Below, piece by piece: positions 4,626-11,637 of a stretch of 11,637 nucleotides of DNA. Made by a program: the position numbers and the translations under genes. Under the pieces are notes generated by a model that did not search any database, was not told the origin of the DNA, and worked only from the letters and a program-made list of their open reading frames with translations. Source of the stretch: a bacterium (GTDB lineage: Bacteria > Zhuqueibacterota > Zhuqueibacteria > Oceanimicrobiales > Oceanimicrobiaceae); NCBI GenBank assembly GCA_046757525.1, contig JBHHYI010000132.1:1-11637 (forward strand). Reading direction: 5' to 3'. Position 1 is the stretch's first letter. Every line of letters begins with the position of its first letter.

Positions 4626-6920
4626 TTACAGTTGGTACAAATATTGGAACTTCAGAAAAAACTGTCGCGCCGTTTGCGTAAACCCGGAGGTTTGATCGAA
4701 ATTGCGAAAATCATGCGTTGAGCCGATGAAGAAGGCTGAGAAAGCATTGAGTCTATAAGTCAACAAGGGATCAACCTCCAGGCTTTTGCCAAAATCATTA
4801 TATTGAACCACCAGACGTACAAAAAGTTCGCGGGTAAATTGGTAATTCATGCGCGTCCGGAAAATGTATCCGCTAAAAAATTCCTCGCCGCCGCCGGTGG
4901 CACTGAGTTGAGAGTAACTGACCTGCGGTTGAATAACCAATCTTTGCTGCGGTTTGATGGTGGCCCAGATGTCGAAATTGGTACCGGTTCCTAACTGAGG
5001 ATTGTCAAAATCCCTAAAAATAAACCGCCCACGCGCCACAAAAAATCCCATGCGAAAAGGATCGCTGAAATTGGAGTTCACGTTCATCATGAAACGGTTG
5101 AGGCTGGTAAAGTCCTTGCCAGCGAAACGTTCCTGGCTGAGCAAGTAACTGAGCCAGACAAAGGTTTGCGATTTGAAGCTGGCATTTAAGGAGGGTTGGA
5201 CCCACTGATCCTTGCGCACGCCGTCAAAATTCCAGACGTGTCCAAGGTTTATGTTTGGTGAGATGCGATCTAACACTTTGGTGTTTGTCCACAAATTAAG
5301 GCCGCTCCAAAAATTCACCTGCCGTTTGCTATTGCTGGTGACAAAGCCATTATCTGCCCTAAATCTGGGACTCCATTCCCAGTAATCGAAATCGAAGTTC
5401 CACAGTCTTGCGTCCCGTTCAAGACTGGTGTAGACCGCGCGGCCCCAGAATGATTCGCCGTCAAAAGCGGCGGTGTGGCGACCGTGGTCAAAAGTGGCGT
5501 TCTCGCCTACCTGATCGGCGATGCTGGCCGACAAAGAGGAATCTGCAGGTTCCTCGGTGTGGCTGGCCAGAAACTGCCATTCAAAGCGGTAGTTCTTCAA
5601 GAATCGAACCACGCCGTCGGTGCTTAAGGTCGTGCCCGACCCACCTCCGGTCAACCGTCGGTCGGTCACCAACGCGCCAATGAAAGAATCTTCCAGGAAC
5701 GTTTGCTTGAATCTCAGAATGTTCGACGTGCTGTTCAGATCGGTGTTTAAAATGGCGCTCTGTTCTTCAAATGGTAAGATGACCGGCGAGTTTTCATCGA
5801 CGCCGCCGATGTAAGCCACGCTGGTGCGGTTGAATCGTCCAGTCAATTTAGCCGCGGCAATGGGATTGTTGAGGGACCGGGTGTAAACCACCCGGTGAAA
5901 GGTGCGAAAGAGATCGCCGCCTTCCTGAAAAAACGGCCGGCGTTCGGGAAAGAAGAGGGCAAATGTGGTGTTGACGTCCACCTGGGCCACGTCGGATTCG
6001 ACTTGACTGAAGTCGGGATTGAAGGTCAAATCGGCGGTAATGTTGGAAGTGACATTGTACTTCAGCCCCAGGGAGACATCCCCGTTGACCTTGTCGTTGT
6101 GAAATCCTGAGTGTGGCTCACTGTTGTCATTCAGACTCCCGGACTGCGAACTGACCAGCGCTGGCAGAAACTCCAGGTTGTTGCCCGACTTGACGCCTTT
6201 TATGCCTCTCAAAGTGCCGTATTGGCAGAGAAAGCACGGTTCATCGCGATCCATTGCTGCCCAGGAGTAGGTGCTGCGACTTTCGCGCGGGCGAGTAATC
6301 CAGAAGGTAGCACGCCAGTTTTGCACCTCGCGATCCGGAAAACGCAGGCTCCTAAATGGAATCGCCATTTCCACCTGGTAGCCATGATCGGTTATCTTCC
6401 CCTTGGAAGAATAAACCACATCGAAGCTGTCATCTTCCCCGCTGCTGGACGAGAACCGTGAGTCCCCCTGCACGCCAAGAGGATTGGCAAATATGAAGTA
6501 AGCCCAGGAAGCGTCGCCATAGGTGTCCAAAAGGATGCCAACGTAATCATCCGACCACATTTCATCGCGGTCCCGCAAGGAGGCGCGTATTTTGCTGGGA
6601 TCATCTTCAACCACGAACGCCAGGTAAAGGTTGCTTTGGTCATAGGCTACTCGCACCACGGTTTTCACCGGCGGTTTGGCCTGCTCCTGCGGGAAAGACT
6701 CTGCAAAGTTAGTGGCAATGGCTGCTCCGCGCCAGCCCGGATCGTTTAACTCGCCATCGATCGATATGGGACCAGCAGTTCGCAGCAAATCCAATGTGGG
6801 CTGAAAATTCGGCTCAAACTTGGCTTTGTCGGGATTGGCTGTTTCGGGCTTTTGGGGTTGAGCCACACAAACTGAATAGACCAGGACATACACAACGATT
6901 ACAAAAAGGTTTCGCAACAT
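4626..6920 (-). CDS. exported CBM9-like (DOMON-type) domain + DUF5916 outer-membrane protein
   Basis: Signal peptide. CBM9-like motifs IDGELNDPGW, AYDQSNLYLAF and GYQVEMAIPFRSLRF. DUF5916-type motifs DLTFNPDFSQVESD and LFFPERRPFFQEG. Beta-strand-rich C-terminus ending FFLKFQYLYQL. GGAG lies 8 nt before the ATG. Confidence 0.88.
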   Translation of the reverse strand: MLRNLFVIVVYVLVYSVCVAQPQKPETANPDKAKFEPNFQPTLDLLRTAGPISIDGELNDPGWRGAAIATNFAESFPQEQAKPPVKTVVRVAYDQSNLYLAFVVEDDPSKIRASLRDRDEMWSDDYVGILLDTYGDASWAYFIFANPLGVQGDSRFSSSSGEDDSFDVVYSSKGKITDHGYQVEMAIPFRSLRFPDREVQNWRATFWITRPRESRSTYSWAAMDRDEPCFLCQYGTLRGIKGVKSGNNLEFLPALVSSQSGSLNDNSEPHSGFHNDKVNGDVSLGLKYNVTSNITADLTFNPDFSQVESDVAQVDVNTTFALFFPERRPFFQEGGDLFRTFHRVVYTRSLNNPIAAAKLTGRFNRTSVAYIGGVDENSPVILPFEEQSAILNTDLNSTSNILRFKQTFLEDSFIGALVTDRRLTGGGSGTTLSTDGVVRFLKNYRFEWQFLASHTEEPADSSLSASIADQVGENATFDHGRHTAAFDGESFWGRAVYTSLERDARLWNFDFDYWEWSPRFRADNGFVTSNSKRQVNFWSGLNLWTNTKVLDRISPNINLGHVWNFDGVRKDQWVQPSLNASFKSQTFVWLSYLLSQERFAGKDFTSLNRFMMNVNSNFSDPFRMGFFVARGRFIFRDFDNPQLGTGTNFDIWATIKPQQRLVIQPQVSYSQLSATGGGEEFFSGYIFRTRMNYQFTRELFVRLVVQYNDFGKSLEVDPLLTYRLNAFSAFFIGSTHDFRNFDQTSGFTQTARQFFLKFQYLYQL

Positions 6921-7024
6921 CTCAACAGCTCCAGCTTTGAATGGTTCGCTTTGAACACGGTGAGCAAAGGATCGCGGCGTAAAATTTAAGCGAATATTTT
7001 GTTCAATTAATAGGTGTTCATTGT

Positions 7025-7054
7025 GTAAGACATCCCTTCCCTAAAAATGGTTGC
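7025..7054 (-). promoter_or_regulatory. ECF-type promoter upstream of the DUF5916 gene
   Basis: GCAACC (7054-7049), 16 nt, TGTCTTAC (7032-7025). It matches the motif upstream of the sigma gene at 12/14 positions with an identical spacer. Confidence 0.7.
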
Positions 7055-7339
7055 CAAATATTTTTCAGGAAGGCGCCCTTGCCGTTGCTTGACTTGAATA
7101 CACCCTTTGCGTGATGCAGGACAGGGTAGGGGTCTACCGCCATTGACACAGACATGAAATGCCTCACTTTTTATACGGCGATTTCGGTGAAAGTTGCTGG
7201 CTGCACGCTTCATTTTAGAATCGGAATACAAGCATGACCTGCCCTGGCCCATTTTTCAATCGGATGATTGGACAGGTTTCTTAAAGAAGATAACACAGCA
7301 TCCTGGTCCACCAGCGCGGATTCGGGCTAAAAGCGAGCG

Positions 7340-8962
7340 TTACTTTTTGTCATTGTATTCTCGGCTCAAGAATTCGATGAGGGCGTCTCTGGCGCGTTCA
7401 TCGTCGAATTCGCGCAGGGCCACGATTGCGCGGGTACGGACTTCGCGGCTGGGGTCGTTCTTGGCGGCTTCAATCAGGGGTTCGATCGCCTGGCTGTCTT
7501 TGAGATCCTCCAAGACGTAGACGGCCCGCAAGCGGATGTTGCTTTCCGCATCATTGCGCAAGGCTGCGACAATGGGCGGCACGACTTTAGAAGTGCCGAT
7601 TTCTTCCAGAGCGTGCAGGGCGCGTAGACGCAGGTTGGCGTCTTCGTCGGTGGCCAGGACTTTGGACAGGGCTGGTACGGCGCGTTCATCTTCGACCTCT
7701 TCCAGGGCGTAGAGCGCCCGTAATTTCAGATTGCTGTCCTTTTCGTGCTCCAGGACCTGGATGAGAACCGGCACACTTTTGTCGGAATCCAGGTCCTCGA
7801 TGATGTACAATGCTCGCAGCCGCAAATTCTTGCTCTTTTCGTTTTTCACGATTGCTAACACCACATCGATTACGTCATTGAGCAAAGCTTCATCGCGATA
7901 GTTCTCCAAGGCATAAAGCGCTCGCAGTTTCAAGTTGTCGTCGCTTTCATTTTGCAGAACATACTTTAGCGCTTCAATGGCCTTCGGGTCATGTGCCTCC
8001 TCGAGCATGTAGAGGGCACGCAATTTCAGGTTCTTGTCTTCATCTTTTTTCTTTAAAATGCCCACCAATGCCGGAATCGTTCGGGGATCGTCGACTTCCT
8101 CCAGGGCGTACATGGCACGCAAACGCACGTTCTCATTCTGATCGTTTTGCAATATTTCGATGAGCGCGGGCACTGCATCCTCGCTTTCCATATCTTCCAG
8201 GATATAGAGCGCGCGCAAGCGCAAATTGACGTCCTTTTCGTTGCGAGCGATTTCAATGACGGCCGGCAGGGCACGTCGATCGTCCAGCTCTTCCAGGTAG
8301 AACAGGGCGCGTAGTTTCACGTTGGTATTGTTCTCTTTTCGCAGCAGCTCGATAACTACGGGCACCGCCTCCGGGGCGTCCAGCTCCTCTAAGATCATCA
8401 GGGCCCGTGACAAGATATTCGGGTCGCTTTCCTTCTTCAAAATGTCGATGAGCACGGGCACGGCCTTGCGGTCTTTCATTTCGCCTAAGGCAATCAAGGC
8501 TTGCAGCCGAGCCAGCCGGTTTTCCCGTTGTAGAGCTTCCTCAACATACTTGCGGTATTGCGTCTTTCCCTTTTCAACCAGTTCCCGTGCCAATTCCACG
8601 ATTTTCGATTCGGCGTCATCCACCCAGGCGCTGTCGTCGTATTTTTCAATGACCTGCTGGTAGTTCTTGAATGCCTCTTCTTCTTTGCCGGGCTGCTTCT
8701 CCAAACAATAAGCAATCCAGTATTGCGCATCATCGGCGTAGCGACTGTCCGGGTACTGCGTTTGCAGCTTTCGAAACGCCTCGATGGCTTGCGCCCATTT
8801 TTCCTGGTTGCGCAGTCTTTTGCCCTCCTGAAACAACCTGGAATCTGCCCCGCTGGAAAATATCCAAGGCAAACTCTGGTGAAGCTCGCCCTCTAAACTA
8901 AAAGAGTTGGAAGCGGGCGCCACAAGGCAAAAGATGACCAGAACTGTCTGCAGTAGTTTCAT
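7340..8962 (-). CDS. exported protein with N-terminal TPR (BamD/CpoB-like) region and 12 HEAT-like (PBS-lyase/alphaRep-type) repeats
   Basis: Signal peptide, then the TPR pattern AIEAFRKLQTQYPDSRYADDAQYW, then 12 tandem repeats of about 32 aa with consensus xDxNLRLRALYxLEELDDxxAVPALIEILxNE. Confidence 0.92.
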   Translation of the reverse strand: MKLLQTVLVIFCLVAPASNSFSLEGELHQSLPWIFSSGADSRLFQEGKRLRNQEKWAQAIEAFRKLQTQYPDSRYADDAQYWIAYCLEKQPGKEEEAFKNYQQVIEKYDDSAWVDDAESKIVELARELVEKGKTQYRKYVEEALQRENRLARLQALIALGEMKDRKAVPVLIDILKKESDPNILSRALMILEELDAPEAVPVVIELLRKENNTNVKLRALFYLEELDDRRALPAVIEIARNEKDVNLRLRALYILEDMESEDAVPALIEILQNDQNENVRLRAMYALEEVDDPRTIPALVGILKKKDEDKNLKLRALYMLEEAHDPKAIEALKYVLQNESDDNLKLRALYALENYRDEALLNDVIDVVLAIVKNEKSKNLRLRALYIIEDLDSDKSVPVLIQVLEHEKDSNLKLRALYALEEVEDERAVPALSKVLATDEDANLRLRALHALEEIGTSKVVPPIVAALRNDAESNIRLRAVYVLEDLKDSQAIEPLIEAAKNDPSREVRTRAIVALREFDDERARDALIEFLSREYNDKK

Positions 8963-8981
8963 AAGGTTTCGATGGTTTGGT

Positions 8982-9857
8982 TTAAATTGTATTGCGTTTG
9001 TTCGTGTTCGGGAACCTCAATTTTTTCGGAAATTCTGATTCGAGGTTCTCCAAGTCCCTGGCGTCAAAAATCTCAATCTTGATGAGCAGGTCCTTTTGCA
9101 AAATGGTGGCTTTGAGAAATTCCAACTCGTCGCTTTCCGGGGTCTCTTTCAGATTTGCGATGTCGAACAGAACCATCTCCAATTGCTCGACCGTTTTCTT
9201 TAATACCCCCACTTCCTCGTCTTTCAGATCTTCTTTAATCAGAATGGTCTCTTCTAAAAGGTCTTGAGAAGCCCGGCGCAAGCTGGACCATTCCGAAGAT
9301 TCATGATCCAGGTCGCTGTTTTTGACTTCTAACAAAAGCACGCCGGCCTTGTCAAAATATTTGGTGATTTGCGCGGCAAATGCAGCCTGAAGCGATTTTC
9401 GTTTGTTTTCTTCTTGTGCAAAGTCGGGCACCGAGTAAGTATCTGGAGCCGTAACAGCGGTCTGTGTGGCTTGCTGGCTGGCGTTCTGCCAGAGCCTGCG
9501 CGCTCCCAGGCCAACCAGCAACAGAACGGCCACGCCGATTTGAACCGCACGAACGGACCAGGAGGGCCGCAGCACGAACGATTGCCAGAATCGCTCGAAT
9601 GCGAAGACGAAGCGACGGTTCCAGGCCGGTTGTTCCGCCATGTCGATTCGTTTTTGAATCTCCGTCCAGACCTCCGGCGCAGGTTCGTGCTGTCTCAACC
9701 CCTGCTTTAGCAGAAACGTGCTGCTCTCAAAATTGGCCAACAACTGTGCACAGCCCGCGCAGCCGTCGATGTGACTCTGAGCCTCCCGCCATTCGGACAA
9801 AGTGACCTCGCCGTCCAGGTACGCAGAAAGCGCTCGTTCGACGTCGCGACATTTCAT
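8982..9857 (-). CDS. zf-HC2 (ZAS) transmembrane anti-sigma factor
   Basis: MKC...LSAYLDGE...HIDGCAGC (HxxxCxxC), one hydrophobic segment (AVQIGVAVLLLVGLGA), and a helical C-terminal domain. It starts 3 nt after the sigma stop. Confidence 0.92.
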   Translation of the reverse strand: MKCRDVERALSAYLDGEVTLSEWREAQSHIDGCAGCAQLLANFESSTFLLKQGLRQHEPAPEVWTEIQKRIDMAEQPAWNRRFVFAFERFWQSFVLRPSWSVRAVQIGVAVLLLVGLGARRLWQNASQQATQTAVTAPDTYSVPDFAQEENKRKSLQAAFAAQITKYFDKAGVLLLEVKNSDLDHESSEWSSLRRASQDLLEETILIKEDLKDEEVGVLKKTVEQLEMVLFDIANLKETPESDELEFLKATILQKDLLIKIEIFDARDLENLESEFPKKLRFPNTNKRNTI

Positions 9858-9860
9858 TGT

Positions 9861-10451
9861 TCAACTTCCTCTCAAATTGGTTTCAAAGTAAGGTTTCAGC
9901 TCCACGCTTAAAACGGCGCGGGCGCGAAAGACCCGCGACTTAACATTATTGACCGTGCAGCCCAGGATGTCAGCCACCTCTTTGTAAGAATACCCTTCCA
10001 GGACCCCCAGAACGAAAGCGGCGCGATAGAGTTCCGGCACTTTTGCCAGGGCCGACTCCACCTGCGCCTCGAGTTCTCGATTTGCCGCCTCGCGCTGGGG
10101 ATCGCCGATTTTTGAAACGACCCAGTGGCCCGACTGAGTCCCCGGACACCCTTCAGAGTCGTCGATGGCCTCGTGCAGCCGGCGGCGGTTCCGTTTCGAG
10201 TAATTAATCGCTTCATTCTTGGCGATGCTGAACAACCAGGTAGAGAAATATCGCGTTTCCCGCAGCCCCGGAAGTTTTTTGTGCATTTTTACGAAAACGT
10301 CCTGCAAAATGTCTTCTGCGTCCTGCCTCTGGCCAACCATGTGCAAAATGAAATTGAACACCCCAATTTTGTAGCCCTCATACAGTTGTCGAAACGCTTC
10401 GGTTTCGCCCTGTTTGGCCTTCTCGATGAGTTCTTGTTCATTTCCGGCCAG
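9861..10451 (-). CDS. ECF sigma factor (sigma70 group 4); start reassigned to CTG at 10451
   Basis: Region 2 (DAEDILQDVF, FSTWLFSIAKN) and region 4 (GYSYKEVADILGCTVNNVKSRVFRAR). The ORF-track start at 10523 falls inside the ECF promoter. GGAGGAG lies 7 nt before an in-frame CTG, giving 196 aa. The gene call is firm; the start is less certain. Confidence 0.93.
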   Translation of the reverse strand: MAGNEQELIEKAKQGETEAFRQLYEGYKIGVFNFILHMVGQRQDAEDILQDVFVKMHKKLPGLRETRYFSTWLFSIAKNEAINYSKRNRRRLHEAIDDSEGCPGTQSGHWVVSKIGDPQREAANRELEAQVESALAKVPELYRAAFVLGVLEGYSYKEVADILGCTVNNVKSRVFRARAVLSVELKPYFETNLRGS

Positions 10452-10500
10452 TTTTATTCTCCTCCCAGGACTTGACGCTGCAACAATGTACTCTTTGCCT

Positions 10501-10530
10501 GTTAGACATTTCCACAGCAACAAAGGTTAC
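10501..10530 (-). promoter_or_regulatory. ECF-type autoregulatory promoter
   Basis: GTAACC (10530-10525), 16 nt, TGTCTAAC (10508-10501). AAC in the -35 and GTC in the -10 is the typical ECF architecture. Confidence 0.75.
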
Positions 10531-10543
10531 TGCAACCAGAGGT

Positions 10544-11149
10544 TTATTTTAGTTTTGAAAATATTTCAAGGAACTCCTTCTCAATAGCCTTGCCGCGATT
10601 GCGACCGTACCACAGATGCAGCTTTTCCATGATTTCTTCTTTGATCAAACCGGCCTCTTTCTCTTTAGCAAACAATTCCGCCGCCTCAACCGGTCGCGGA
10701 CCCCATTGGAACAACTCCTGCCCGGCACGGTCAAATGCGACCAGCTTGGGGATGCCACGGCTTCCATTGGTTAGATATTGATCCATGATATCCAGATTTT
10801 GGTCGCGTGGTAGAATTCTTAAATCGATTGCAGAATTGCAGGCAGCAAATTTGGCGATGTAGGGCAAACATTGGGCTGAATCGCCGCACCAGGGTTCGGT
10901 CAGAACCATCCACAGTTGGGGCGTGGCAATGGCCGCTATTTGCGCCCGCAAATCTTGTGGCACTCGATAGGTTCTCTGAATGCGCGAGCTGCGTTGAAAA
11001 TTCAATTCGATATAGCCGTGCAACCTCCGAGCTTCCTCATCAAAGGCACCCGTGTTGGCTTGCTCAACCTGCTGCTGCATCAGGGTTAGGTAGTCTTCGT
11101 AGGCTAAACCGTTTTGGGGTCTTCCCTCAGCGTAAAAGCTTTTTGCCAT
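10544..11149 (-). CDS. thioredoxin-fold protein (Thioredoxin_9-like), monothiol WCGDS
   Basis: LTEPWCGDSAQ, RDQNLDIMDQYLTNGSRGIPKLV, WGPRP. SD AAAGGAG at 11167-11161. Confidence 0.92.
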   Translation of the reverse strand: MAKSFYAEGRPQNGLAYEDYLTLMQQQVEQANTGAFDEEARRLHGYIELNFQRSSRIQRTYRVPQDLRAQIAAIATPQLWMVLTEPWCGDSAQCLPYIAKFAACNSAIDLRILPRDQNLDIMDQYLTNGSRGIPKLVAFDRAGQELFQWGPRPVEAAELFAKEKEAGLIKEEIMEKLHLWYGRNRGKAIEKEFLEIFSKLK

Positions 11150-11443
11150 GCTTTGATCGTCTCCTTTAATTTGCTCAGGACTTCATAATTACAAACATTT
11201 GAACTTAACTCAATCAATTAGAAATTTGTTTCATCGGTATTCCAGCAATTCACAAAGCTAAACGGAAAACTAAGAAATGAGTATGAATATTTCAAAAGAA
11301 TAGTACCGAGGAAGAAAAGTTGTTTCTTGAGTGTTTCATTGGTTACCAAATGTAATCAGGCTCGTACCAAGCAGGCTTGCTTGTGGAGCATTACCACCCG
11401 TAAAGATTACAAGAAATCTGCTGAAGCGATTGCAAAAATTTTC

Positions 11444-11472
11444 TTGACTTTTGTTAAATTAATTTGTATTGT
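11444..11472 (+). promoter_or_regulatory. divergent sigma70-type promoter P1
   Basis: TTGACT (11444-11449), 17 nt, TATTGT (11467-11472), with an AT-rich tract upstream. Confidence 0.65.
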
Positions 11473-11479
11473 TTGACCC

Positions 11480-11515
11480 GTTTGCTTGGTGTAATTTCAA
11501 GCAAACTTTTTTTTT
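11480..11515 (+). terminator. intrinsic terminator-like hairpin with T9
   Basis: GTTTGCTTG (11480-11488) pairs perfectly with CAAGCAAAC (11498-11506), followed by nine T (11507-11515). Confidence 0.6.
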
Positions 11516-11606
11516 AGTACGTCACGGACCTGGACCTGCTCGCGGGCCATCGTCCGATACGAAGTCATTAACCAAACAACAGTAGCACTACAACGAAAGT
11601 TTTTAC

Positions 11607-11635
11607 TTGCGCCTCTGAGAATTTTTTCCTATATT
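11607..11635 (+). promoter_or_regulatory. divergent sigma70-type promoter P2 for a gene beyond the window
   Basis: TTGCGC (11607-11612), 17 nt, TATATT (11630-11635). Confidence 0.55.
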
Positions 11636-11637
11636 AT

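Noticed and set aside
7007..7252. 81-aa minus-strand ORF between the HEAT and DUF5916 genes
   Set aside because: No convincing SD, low protein-likeness, and it overlaps the ECF promoter.
1924..11169. Remaining short ORFs overlapping the main genes
   Set aside because: They are alternate-frame or antisense by-products of well-supported genes, with no independent signals.
11361..11413. Purine-riboswitch-like words CTCGTA, TACC, CCGTAAA, GATTAC
   Set aside because: No P3 stem flanks CCGTAAA and the J2/3 consensus is absent, so the aptamer cannot form.

Overview
Bacterial genomic window in which every credible gene lies on the minus strand. In transcription order (right to left): a thioredoxin-fold protein (WCGDS), an ECF sigma factor, a zinc-binding (HxxxCxxC) single-pass anti-sigma factor, an exported TPR plus 12-HEAT-repeat protein, a CBM9-like/DUF5916 outer-membrane protein, a very acidic hypothetical protein, a POTRA-less Omp85/BamA-family barrel, and a PA0069/Rv2578c-type radical SAM gene. 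The radical SAM gene runs off the left edge and is missed by the ORF track, which shows its antisense shadow instead. The non-coding DNA is informative. (i) The motif G(T/C)AACC-N16-TGTCT(A/T)AC precedes both the sigma gene and the DUF5916 gene, defining a likely local ECF regulon and implying a CTG start for the sigma. (ii) Five sigma70-type promoters have exact 17-bp spacers; one gives a probably leaderless, SOS-box-overlapped radical SAM transcript. (iii) 1138-1741 is a nested stack of REP-like palindromes and MITEs, one with a 9-bp target duplication. (iv) The two halves of a 62-bp element bracket the Omp85 gene. I found no rRNA, tRNA, CRISPR array or transposase. The gene content indicates a diderm bacterium; an FCB-like lineage such as KSB1 is only a guess.
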